Positions 1-12,329 of a DNA stretch of 64,000 nt are shown here, piece after piece (position 1 is the stretch's first letter; the number at the start of each line of letters is the position of its first letter). The translations under genes were made by a program, and so were the position numbers. Source of the stretch: Antedon mediterranea. Taxonomy: Eukaryota; Animalia; Echinodermata. The stretch is from positions 7,254,001 to 7,318,000 of the forward strand of contig NC_092680.1 in the NCBI RefSeq assembly GCF_964355755.1, given 5' to 3'. The notes beneath the pieces were generated by a model that was given only the letters and a program-made list of their open reading frames with translations, was not told where the DNA came from and did not search any database.

Positions 1-630
1 AGTCGTAGTTAGTTATGTCTCGGGTCACATTCTATGGTCACCGTACAGATAGGCTACTACATCAGTACTTCTATGAATGGATGACTAGTTGGTGACAAGA
101 ACGCTAGTTGGTCATACCCAGTACCGTTTTGATTTTTACGATCTTTCGGGAAACCACCTCACGATGTTATTCTTCAAGTTAACGAACCGTGTACAGTATC
201 AACAGTAACATTCATGGTTCTTTTCTAAATCTACTCTATGCCTAATATAAATTTGAGTCTTTGTGGGCATTCCAGTTAGGAACTAGGCCCTATTTAATAA
301 AATTTGCAATGTTACCTCTAGGCCTACAATAAAATATAGTTTTCTTGTTTGATTGATAATGACTTTGTTATTTTGCTATCAATAAACAGCATGGTGACTC
401 AAGTTGTACCGTATTTGATTTTGAAAGACTAAGGATACATCGCACGAATAAAGCCTGGTCCAAGTATAGTTAGCAGATATGGTTCCTGACAATATTTTGG
501 CTTAAAAATCACAATGTTTAAACCAAAAAAGTTTTTTAATTTAATATTTGAGATTAATTTTAAATCCTTTGTGGATAAGCTGTTGAAAGAAAAGAAATTA
601 TAATGATTTGTTAACGTTTTTCATCAACAG

Positions 631-3600
631 AAAGGTGTATGTTGGTAACCTAAGCTTTGAAACTACGGAAGGTCAGTTGGGTTTGTGTTTGCGGGTGCCT
701 GAGGCCCTTGTCTGAAAGCCATCCGTACGAGAACATGAGAAAGAACGTTTCTTATTCCGATAAACTGTAATACGTCTACTCAAAATATTAGTCTGTATTT
801 GCTCAGTTATACAAAAGTTCAGTTTGGTTTTTAATGAATATATTAAAGCATTCGTTTAGATCTCTATGCTTACAATAAAGGGCAGTAGAATTGTTTCTGA
901 CCTGATAATGGATTACGATTTCAACTTTCTCATATTAAGACTAAAATCTAAAGTTCTCTTTGTTACGAATTGGTTGATGATAGAAATGGTTCCTTTTGTA
1001 CCCGATTTACACATATTTTTAATTGTTCACACCTAATGATTAATTTTCTTTGTTTGTATCTGTTCGAAATCAAATTGAGGATTCTTAAAATTAAGACAAT
1101 TACATTTTGCTTATACATTACTGTAATAGTGTAGAGCATGTGACGCATCATGAACCCTTAATTCTGGTCCTCAATTTTACGATTTCTCAATTTCACATAT
1201 AATAATTGAAATTTGAACATACATACTGTTACATATTTTGCAATAAGTTAGCACAGTTCAAACAAATATTTGTAAAATAGTTCAGTAGAAAAAAGTTTTG
1301 TGCGCTACTTCCTTTTGTTCTGTGTATAAAATTACTAATACTATAATATTTGTGTAAACCTTGTCACTGTATTAGGGACTTTACGAAACATGACGGTGCT
1401 CATGAATAATTTATGAATGAGCTCTATCAAAGTGGGCGGAGCTTATCGTGAAATTTTGCCGTCTTAACTTTTTGAGGATGATAAAGTTGCCATTTTCCCG
1501 TTTAAGGAGAACGAATAGTTCAAATTACACTTAAAAGTGGAAATTTCAAAACTCTAAAAATTATTTGAACTTCTTGTTTAACGATATAACATTTTTATTG
1601 GGTTAAAATGGCTGTGTTAAAAGCAATACATTCTGCGTGGCGTTTGAATGCGAGGCTCCTGCTAGGAAGGCCTATGCTGTTCTACCAGAGCCAAGCGATT
1701 CAAAAGGCCCCATGCCGCGAGACAGGAGAGGGAGAGAGATACTGCATCGGTCAACTTTGCACAAGGGTGCGTAACTAATAAAACGGCTATGTTGACTGAT
1801 CAGTGATATATGATTTTACGCTCTAGTGGACAGGATATTCGTCGTCCTCTAACCGTCGTGTTTCGTAAAGTCCCTATTGACTACACTGTGAAAGGGTTGC
1901 ATAAGAAACTTGTATTATTTTCCATGCAAGGTAGTGTACTAAATACACATTGTTAATTTTTGAAAAAATCCTTAATTGTTACAAATTTCGTTGACAATTT
2001 TTTTGCTGTCCTATCTAGTACAACTCTGCATTGTCTTTAATTCTTTAAAATCGAAATGGTAATGATGATAAATGGTTTATGTTGACATACTGTAGTACTA
2101 CTCTGAGCTTGTAGAATCGCCTGACATCCCATGCACATTTACTGTATACGTCGATAGGCAACCTCTTTAAATTAAACATTTATTGTACACTTCAAAAGTT
2201 TTGGTCTGAGGAGCTAAATATGACTGTATGCAATACATCTGCAATTACAAACAGAGTGGTTTCATTTGTAGAAATTGTTTTCACTGAACACACCGAAAAT
2301 TTAAGAAAGCCATGTTTACTGGTAAAGTTGTTAAATGTTTGAAAAGTTTAATTCTATTTTGGAAGAAGTCCATATTATTATTAACAATACAAATGAATAA
2401 TTGAAAAAAGAGGTTCGACTAAAAACAAGGTTCGAAAAGTAAAGAGATGATAATGAATGTAGTAGTTGGGTCCTCAAGTATTTATACTGTCTGTACCATA
2501 ATATAATTTTTGTTTTAACCTTTTTTTAATGTTAATACAGTATGTACTATATTTCATGAAAATTTGACGACTTAATGCAGAGTTGACTATACTGAACATA
2601 GTTGTGGATCTTTATGGCATGACGTATGTTGCCTAATAACAGCACAGTGCAATTAGAATTGTACTACTTGGTTTAATTAAGTTGCGTTTGATCATGCATT
2701 TGAAGCATTAGCTCTTTTTTGTAAGTAACTGTACGTTGTTTACATACTTTGGTTCATTAAAAAAAAAATGAACATTTGGTAAAAGCAGCAGTCATTTTCT
2801 TATGATGCTTGACACTTTTGTGCTTGCATTACTGCGTAAAAATCTTAGGAATACTCGCTTGTTTTACAATTATGTTTTATGAATCCTAATATATACATTA
2901 TTAAAACTACGTTCTTAAATCTATCAACCAAATATTTTCTTACAGACGATTTGCAATCTTCTTTCAAAGCCTTTGGGGAGGTCACCGAAGTAACTATTAT
3001 CCGAGATCGCGAAACTAACAGCAGTCGTGGTTTTGGTTTTGTAACATTTGACAATCCAGATGCCGCAAAGAAGTCGATTGACAGCGCAGATGTTGAGCTT
3101 GGTGGTAGGGTGGTAAGAATTTCTACTCTATGTTCTGTAGATAAATTATCTTTGTCAAATGTAAAAAAACAATCTAAATGTCAATAAATCCTTTAAATTG
3201 TCAAACTGCACACACATCTTAAGTTAAGTCAAGTTAATTGTAGATACATGTTTTTTTTTTACAGTTGAGAATCCAACCAGCAACGTCTCGTAGTGGCGGT
3301 GGTCGAGGAGGTAGGATTAAAAATGTTTAAATCTTGGCATGACTGAAAATGCATTATTAATATTTAATTGAGATTAATTCTCTGACGAAAGCATGCAAAA
3401 TATGCCATTTCCTGAATATACTATTTATAGTTTACTATTCTTTTCAACTTTATTCAGAATTGTATTTTTTGGCCCTGCTCTGGGTCCACTTTGAGTCCAA
3501 GGCCCCTTGGTTTGGCTAGTGAGCCCTCGTAGCCATTGCACCACTGGATATGTAGTTTATGATACGATTTTAGAAAAAAACTTTGCTTATATTTATTTCT

Positions 3601-3873
3601 CCATGCTTTATACAGTTCTTTATGTTTTTCCTTGCAGGTTATAGAGGAGGCGGCGGCGGCGGATATGGAGGCGGCGGAGGAGGATATGGAGGCGGCGGTG
3701 GAGGATATAGATCTAACGACAGAGGCTACAGTGGTGGTGGCGGCGGTTATGGAAATAGCCGGAGTAATTATGGAGGTGGTGGAGGAGGAAGATACAGCGG
3801 TGGCGGAGGAGGAGGATACAGCGGTGGCGGTGGAGGATACAGCGGTGGCGACTATGGGCAACAGCAGTGGTAA
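631..3873 (+). CDS. Glycine-rich RNA-binding protein (one RRM plus RGG/YGG tail), CIRBP/RBM3-like. Exons 631-671, 2946-3112, 3265-3310, 3638-3873; start exon not identified.
   Basis: Spliced translation gives RNP2 (KVYVGNLSFETT), RNP1 (SRGFGFVTF) and GGGGY repeats ending GQQQW*. All junctions are GT-AG and phase-compatible. Confidence 0.9.
1374..1875. mobile_element. Non-autonomous TIR DNA transposon (MITE), PIF/Harbinger-like
   Basis: TIRs agggactttacgaaacatgacggt / accgtcgtgtttcgtaaagtccct; 3-bp TSD ATT on both sides. Confidence 0.85.
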
Positions 3874-4991
3874 ATTTATAGACCAAACTATGTTAGCAGT
3901 ATCATGGACGAGTCTTTGTAAAAAGTTCTTGGGAGGGAGTCTGGGGCATTTAAAAAAAGACTAGAAATCTTTCCATTGTATGTGTTTATATTTGTAGTAC
4001 TGGCCAGGTTTTCTTTGTCCTAAAAATAAGCATTAGTAATTATAGTACATTATATATGGTTTTCCATGAAAAAAATAACTTTACATGTCTAATGAACGTG
4101 TTCATTATCTAGTTTTAAATAAATTAATTTTGATACCCATTTTTACTTCACGACTGTATTTTAAAGCTTTGATAAATTACGGAATGGAATTTTCAGCTGT
4201 GTATTGTATAAATAGTATGCAACTAAAATAATGATGCATTTTTTTGGTTAAACATTCACATATGTATATACGGTTTACTTTGTTCTGCTGGGTTTGAATG
4301 TACTTGACTATTGATGGCAGTCTTCCACTGTGTCCGATCCCATATCAAATATTATTTCTTGTAGCTCTCGTATTCCATTAGTTTCCTTAACATGCTGTGT
4401 TTTCAAATAAATTTTGTTAAATGTATGCCTTTTTGTGTAGATTCTCTTTTGTTTGTGAAGTACTGTAGTAATAATTGTATCGTAATACATTCATATTTGC
4501 AATTCATAAAAAGTCATCCGAGAGGAGGTACGATAAATTCAAAGTAGATATATTTTTTCACAAATTTGCATATAATTACCGATTTTAAAGTGCACACATT
4601 TTCCAGTTTAATAATAATAAATAACATTTATAAAGCGCAAGAGACAAAGGTTTCAAAGCGCTGTGTTTTCCAAGATCAGTGCAAGTAGTAGCGTGCGATT
4701 ATGCTTCTCTGAAGAGATGAGTTTTGAGTTTAGTTTTAAATGTGATAACAGATTAATAATGTGTTCTTTTGCAAATAAGTTAATAAATATCACAGAAAGA
4801 ACGGAAATCAACATTTTTACGCAATTTCTGAGCTTATTTAGTAGCACGGTACAGTATTTGAACAATATACATTTAATTTGTCGAATTTATTCTGAATTTA
4901 AGAAGGCCGACTTAGAAAACTGAAGACCGCCCTCTTTAATAATCAATTAGAGGAGGATCGTGATCCGCCGATGTGATGGTCTACCTATACA

Positions 4992-7226
4992 GTAATCTCT
5001 TCTTCCTCGGTCACATTTGCCTCATTTTAATACTGTATAATGTCACGCTAGGCTGAACAACACTCTCATGAATAATAAACGTTGATTACGTCGTACTATA
5101 CTGGGATTTTACCTCTTGAATATTCATAAATTTCACTTGCACTACAGTATTGGGCCGTAATTGTAATTGGATGGAAAAGATAAAACAAGATATTATTTAA
5201 TGTATCAAATTGAAATATTATGTAATGATTATTATGAATAAACTGGATTTTTCATTTTTCAATTTAAGTGCTTTCTTGAGAACAATTACCAAATTAAGTG
5301 ACATGAACACATATTCATCAATTTGATTTTGGGCTGCTGACAACGGTACCTAGCACTATTATTAAATAGGGTGTGAGTGTGAGATATTTATTCATCAAAT
5401 TGAACTTTCAGTCAGATTAGGCCTATACCTAATACACCTGTATTTCTTATGTATTTCTTCAATACAATTTTATTACAAGTCTAAAAGATTTGTCCGATAA
5501 AAAACACATTTTTTTAAATAAACAATTACTGAAATCAAACACATGTCATGTTTTCTAGGTAGGCTATATAACTATGGCCCTGTTCAGACCCATGGCGTTA
5601 GACCGTTTTAGCGTACGACGCTAAAAGAATGTGTGTCTGAACAGTTGGGGATTAGCGTACAACGCGTCGTACAACGGTTGTAGCGTTGTAGTGGAAAACG
5701 GTTGATAGTACCGTTTTAGCGTACGACGCTACTGTAAGTCAACGTTGTATCCAATCAGAACGTTTCCTGTTATGACGCGAAACAAGGTTTGACCTAGGCT
5801 GACATCTTGTATCGTCAATGTGTGAGATGGATTTCAATAACAAAAAGGCCAGAATAAATAAGGCCTAACTACACTACAAATACAACTGTTACAAAGGCTA
5901 CAAACTATTATCAACTGATTACCATTATATTATTTTCTAACAAATGACATAAATACATGCACCTTGTATTTAAACATAGGGACTACGATCCCATCCGCTT
6001 TTAGGCCTAGAGCCATTCACGCATTTCATTCAAGCTAAAAACTAGCGTGGGACATCAAGTCACTCATTCATCAAGGCAGACTAGACTGGACAAGTTTAAT
6101 GCTGAAAACCCCCTAACTACTAAAAAAATCAGTAAACAAACAAGGGGAGCTGTGTCCCTTTTATTAGCAAGTTAAGGGTTATTTTCAACCGACTGGACCA
6201 AAGAATATATATCTTGACTGGACTGGATAGACTAATCACAATCATTGTTTTCTTCATCATTACGAGGCCTGCTTTATTTTCGTAACACAAGAGCCTGGGG
6301 AAAATGTTTTTTACTACAAAATAAAAACAATAGAAACAGAAATTTGGCTTTACTATATTTTTCTTAAATAAATGCTGAGGTATGTTTTATTTACGGCAAA
6401 TTTTGTCATAATTGTAGGGCTGAGATCTAGGCCTATATACAGTGGAAATAATGATGAAAACACGTGGGTAAGAGCACATGAATATGCAACTAGAAACAAC
6501 CTGGATGACGTACTTCCGTTGTAACGATAATCGTACGCTATGGGTGGTCTGAACACCTCGTTTTTTTCTCTGCGGTTTGTAACGTGACCTTGATAGTAAC
6601 GTTGTACGCTAAAACGGTCTAACGCCATGGGTCTGAACAGGGCCTATAACTAAATAAAGAGAAATGGTACCCTTTACGGTGCCTTAATTATGACCTCATC
6701 ACATACATTTGGGATGAGTTAGTTTATGGAATTTAAATGACATCATGGCCCCTTTAAAATTGTTGTAGATGACAGAAACTTGAGTCACATTCCTAATCAT
6801 TTATATTATTATTAAGTGTCTTTAACATAGACATGGATACTTTATCACAACTTTATACAATAGTTACTATGTTCCTACAGTTCACCGGTCAAACTAATAC
6901 AATACATACAAATCTACAGTATCTTTTAAGATAATTGGTTCACACATACATACACATAGACAAAACCATACTAAAATTTTCACTAGAAGTGGTAATTTAA
7001 AAATTATTCGCCGCCTTTGAACCAATGAGGGCCAATATGAAATCTGAAAAATCCCAAATTTTTAACAAAACTGCATTTTAAATCCACCCTGGAGGATATT
7101 TTTGCTTTTAAAATTCCAGTTGTATAGTATGACGTAATCAACTGTTTATTATTCATGAGAGTGTTGTTCAGCCTTGCGTGACATATATTAAAATGAGGCA
7201 AATGTGACCGAGGAAGAAGAGATTAC
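4992..7226. mobile_element. Non-autonomous DNA transposon with long (~110 bp) TIRs, carrying a nested MITE
   Basis: gtaatctcttcttcctcggtcacatttgcctcattttaata...cactctcatgaataataaac at ~4992-5105 is the reverse complement of ~7115-7226. Superfamily not assignable. Confidence 0.85.
5576..6644. mobile_element. PIF/Harbinger-like MITE nested in the 4992-7226 element
   Basis: Near-perfect ~40-bp TIR ggccctgttcagacccatggcgttagaccgttttagcgtac; 3-bp TSD TAT on both sides. Confidence 0.9.
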
Positions 7227-7900
7227 CTTACTACACACGTGTAAGACTATGAGCATGCTGTCCGCTTATAACGTAACGATAGTGATACTACCAACCAGGC
7301 TATGCCAATATAGTACATACTTCTACTAGGCCCAGCTTAGTAGTATACTACTACTAGTAGGCGGGAGTAGGCTACTATACTACTAAACTAGGCCCATGTA
7401 ATACTAGACACAGCTAACTACAGATGAGATACTAGCTTTTAGGCCCTGTAGGGGCTATATGGGCTTACTCATCATAGTCTAGGGCCTGGCCTGAGTACTA
7501 AAGTACAGTACTAGTAGTTAACCCGTTAGTAGCCACCTATCTACAGTGCTAATGCATGCTGTTTCGCACACCTTATATTTCCATTCCAAGTGTTGAACTA
7601 ACTTTATTTTTGTGGATAGCAGCGCACCTCAAAACTACTTATTTTATAAGGAGAATCACATATTTTAAAGAAACATACTACAGAAGTATTAATATTATAA
7701 TTGTTTTTTGGGCCAGGCATTGTACTAAACTTTACTTGCCCATGTAATTGCCCATTTTGCTGATCGAGTTTTTCACCATAGATAGTGAATTTGGACAAAC
7801 TGTAGCAAAGCCTCCTTAACTTCTCCCTTATTTTTTTTTCCAGAAATTGTGGACGGGATTGTGGATGCTATTTCTAAATTTTTAAAAACCAATTTCAAAG

Positions 7901-10900
7901 ATGAACCTCAGAGTTAAACAGTATTTGTTTAAATTACAATATGTGCAGTTTACACAAACTATAAAAAACAGTTTTTTTGCAAGGTGTCACCGCCATTGTA
8001 TGAAATCCAGTTCTAAATTTTACAATTTTTCAAGAATGACATTTTCTGAAAGATGTCTTCCTCCACTGTTTTTTTCTGGTTTTGTTTTCTGCCATCAAAA
8101 TTCATTTCCTGTGACAATTGAAAAATCATATACATTTAATTCTCCAAGAAGTTTCTACATGCAGTCACCAAAGTATGTCACATTGACCCACGAATTAGTT
8201 CCTCAGCTAAAAGCACCATTCATGATTTCTGAACATTCGCCCTCAGAATCTAAAATGGATGCAACCAGTTCTGTTCACATTCCTTGGTCTGACTCTGTAA
8301 AATTCAACGTAACAGAATTGGTTTCACTTCATACTTCACTTGTACAAGATGTGTATAACCGCAATTGTGATTTTTTTATAAAAGGCATTAACAGTATTGG
8401 AACATTAGATAACGACATTTTGAAGGATTGTTTTAGATTGTTTGCCAAATTGAAAAATGTTGACCAACGTGTAATAAAAACATTTGAACAAAAATGTTGT
8501 GACCAGATGGATTTGTGGTCTGTGGAGACTGTTCTTCTTGTGTGTGATGCATTCCATTTGGTGAACTATCACGCTTCATTGTTTAACATGAGAATGTATG
8601 ACTATATGGAGAAACGTATTCAGTCGCTAAGTAAACACAATATAATACAACTGACTTTTCTCATTGGTGAAAATCGCAAAGTTCCATTCTTGCTTTTTAA
8701 AAAACTACAGAAACGAATGCTAGATTTCAAAGATCTTTTTACTGTATGTGAAATAGGCGTTATTTGTAATGGTTTATTTAAATCACAAACTCGTATCACA
8801 GCGAAAAGACTTTTAACTAATTTTGAAAAATGCATAAAACTTGAAGACCTTCGTGCTGTTGACAGTCACAGTATTGTTGGGATCTGCAAGATGTATAGAT
8901 ATTCCTATTTTGGTTCAGAGTCACTGTTCAGCAAAATTGCTTGCGAAATAGTCAATAGAATCCCTTCACTGCATATAGAGGCAATAACTCATATAGCTTT
9001 GACCTATTCTACTTTACACATGTTTCATGCTCCACTAATGAATGCCATTGCAGAATGTTATGTTTGGAAGATAAAACATAGTCGCTGTAAAGATGTAACC
9101 AAATGTCTCTGGTCAATGAACACCTTGGCTCATGTTCCTCCAAACGCTAACAAGTTTTACAACGTTGCTGTCTCTGAGATACGAACACGTTTAGTTGAGT
9201 ATAAAAGATTTCCCAATCAACTAACGGCAGCTTTACTAGCTCTAGCTTATGTAGACATTTATCCATTGGATCTTATTCATTATATATTCAGCAGTGAAGT
9301 TTTGGATTCCATAAGAAGTGAGTTTATAACTGGTATATACTGTACATTATTACTTGTTTATGTTTTTAGAAATTCAAACCAAAATAAACTAAGCAGGTTG
9401 ATTAAAAAAGGAGTTTCAATTTAATTCCAACCCATTCTTTGGTGACCCCTTTTCCCCATGGTAATTTGGTGACTCGCCCCATCCTAAATATTGGATAATG
9501 GTTATAACATATTTATATTGTGCTCTATATGAAATTGTCTCCTTTAAGCATCCCTTCATGTTGAATGCTAAGTATCACCAAACTCTGCTCATTTTGTCTC
9601 TCCGCAATGACAAAATAAGCTTCTGAAGAGAAGTATAGCTTTTTGTTATGGCTAAAGATACGGAACCGTATCCATACTTCTAAAAACTAAAGGTACGGTA
9701 ATTATAAAGGGCGCTATAGGTTATGCCAATGGTTTTCAGCAAGCCAGATTATAGAGGGTTAGGTATTTAATATAGGAAAAAGTTTTAATATTAGGAACAA
9801 GTTTTATATTTTGGAATGAGTTTTATATTTAGGTACAAGTTTTAGGAATGCAATTTTACCGTACCTTTAGCAAACGAAAGTGCCCTCTATCTATAATTAT
9901 CGTACCTAGTTTTTAGAAGTATAATAAAACAATCCTACACATATTTTAATATACCATGATTGATTAAACATTAATTTTTAAAAATGAAAATTATTTAAAT
10001 GTTGAATATATTTTTGTTTTCTTCTCGCAGAGTATAAACAAATTAGTGGAATTGATCTGAGACCAGATCTTCATCTATTGAACTCGGCATTATCAATTGA
10101 TCGTCCTCTTTTTAGAGAAAATAAATTACTAAAGGTTGGAAACATTTTATTTCTTTCAGACTAAATACTGTAGTACTCTATACAGAATACAGAAACTCTT
10201 GTCTTGTTATATAATTATAATATTTATAGAAATATAAAAAAAATTATTTCACTGTTGGTGGCCACGAGTAAAAAAAAAACTAGAAATAATATTTTTATAT
10301 TATCATTTACTTTCCTTACAATATTTTAAATATGCTTTGAATTGTTTTTTAAAGGATTTCTTGAAAGAAGCCAAATTACCTGATGATGTTCATGCTAATT
10401 TGGGGCAGGAAATCAATAAAAGGCAGTTTCTGAAACCCGTTATTTCAAGTATTTCTCAAATTCTTGAAGATTCAAACGTGATAAACCCCAGGTTCATTCT
10501 ACCTTACATGAAAACAATCGGTATGTGGAATCTATTTGTCTCAATCTAGCTAAATAGGTTACATTACCATTGTCGTGTTTCGTCTAGCTTCGATCGCACT
10601 GGACTTAATTTGGTCAAATTAACGGAGTCTCTGGTCCAATTTGAACACTGGCTACAATTTCCTTAGGGTTAAATTAACCAAGTCCAATAGTTACTTTTAC
10701 CGACCATTGCCTGCCCAGTAGAACTTACCATGGTTTTTGTAAAACTAACCATGCCGTCTAAAAGGTCTAATCCGAACGGCGTCTCGGGTAAACGCATGAC
10801 CTTCACCATGCGAGTCCATTGTAGTTTTTAACATCACGGTTAAATTTTAGAGTGAAATTGTCTAAGTGCGAACAATGGTCAAATTTACCGATGGCCTTGG

Positions 10901-11730
10901 GTAAAGTTACCATTTTTCAGTACAGTGCGAACAAGGTTTATGAATTATGTTTTCCTTACAACCAGGTATAGAGCTACGTTTATCTCATCAATCAAATGAG
11001 CTTATTCCAGTTACAGAGTGGGAAAATCTCAATGCAAATGTAAGAACAATTTCACCAGCAAGTGCAATGGTTCAGAAAATTATAGAACAGACGTCAATAC
11101 CACCAGAAAATGAGTTAAAATTAAACGAAACAGGAATAACTAGGTAATTACACAAACAAGGCTGTTTTTGACAAGAGCACAATTTGCAATACCATTTTGG
11201 ATTTAAAAGATGTTGGAAAAAGAATTAAATAGGTGGTTTAGTATTTATAGAACCTTAAAAGAATATAAATTTCTTTTACAACTGAAAATTATTTATTATT
11301 TAGAATTGCTGTTATGCTGTGGTCTAGAAATCATTATCGTTTTGGAGCAAAGGAAAATGTTGAATCACGATGCCTTCTGGGACTTCATGCAATGAAGCGG
11401 AGACATTTGATGTTGCTAGGCTACAAAATTATAGATGTAAGCAATGATATTCAATGATAGAAACATTCAACATTTAATTTTCTCTTGGATTGTCTGTGTT
11501 CCGAGGCTTTATTTGCTAATGCTGATGCTAATGAACCTTAATGATTATAAACTGTTGTTGCATTTAGCAAGTTTATTTTAAAAAAAACAAATATGGAAAT
11601 GAGTAATTATCATAATTTAGATGTTTTTAAATTTCAGCTTCCATTTTTTGAACTGGAACACATAGTTGGTAAAGAGCAGGATCTTAATCAGTACTTGAGA
11701 AGCAAACTGGAAATACTCTACACCAAATGA
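7901..11730 (+). CDS. FASTKD5: FAST kinase domain-containing protein 5-like (mitochondrial RNA processing, C-terminal RAP domain). Exons 7901-9317, 10031-10134, 10355-10520, 10966-11143, 11304-11436, 11638-11730.
   Basis: Basic presequence-like N-terminus, helical FAST-type body (SRCKDVTKCLWS) and RAP motif RIAVMLWSRNHY...LLGLHAMKRRHLMLLGYKIIDLPFFE. Phase-consistent GT-AG introns. Confidence 0.82.
9675..9921. mobile_element. Small MITE with internal degenerate tandem repeats
   Basis: TIR tacttctaaaaactaaaggtacggtaattata / tataattatcgtacctagtttttagaagta. Confidence 0.65.
10586..10937. mobile_element. Degenerate MITE in a FASTKD5 intron
   Basis: Imperfect TIRs cttcgatcgcactg / cagtgcgaacaagg around a GC-richer insert. 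Confidence 0.45.
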
Positions 11731-12329
11731 GACATAAGTTGAAAAACGATGGAGTCAAATTGAAAATAGTTTTATTGCTGATGATCTGAAAAAATACAGA
11801 TTTTACTAGTTATTTGAATGTTTATGCTATCCTATTCACTGGACGAAACATACAATATACACAAACAATCTTATTACAAGTTTTTGAGTGTGGAGAGTTG
11901 TTTTTTGTCACATGAAACTTGATTAATATTAGATATATATCTATATATATTTGTTTTTTACACAAAAGCCAGGTAGAGTGACAATTTATTGGATGTTTGG
12001 GATTACAATAATAATAAAAACAAAATTGTTAAAGCAATTTTAAATAACATAATTTATTTAATTTTATAATTATAAATATTTAAACATTGATCAAAATATA
12101 TAATAGCCTTTTAGAATAACTATTCCACATTGGTTTCATTTTAATGACAGAGTAGAATGTAAAACTACATTTGAGTACATTACGTAATACTGGAGCAAGC
12201 ACACACATGGATGGACTTAAACCCTTATGTTATATTTAACATTATTGGGATATTAAATTCAACATTCTTTAACCTTCACCTTTTGAAAAACTATATGGTA
12301 AATTAAAGACTGGCAAAGTAACATAACGT

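Noticed and set aside
2062-2108. ATGATGA...CTGA as a C/D snoRNA
   Set aside because: About 45 nt with no terminal stem; likely chance in AT-rich DNA.
3454-3964. Ser/Ala-rich antisense ORF and Glu/Ala-rich alternate-frame ORF
   Set aside because: Shadows of the repetitive Gly-rich coding exon.
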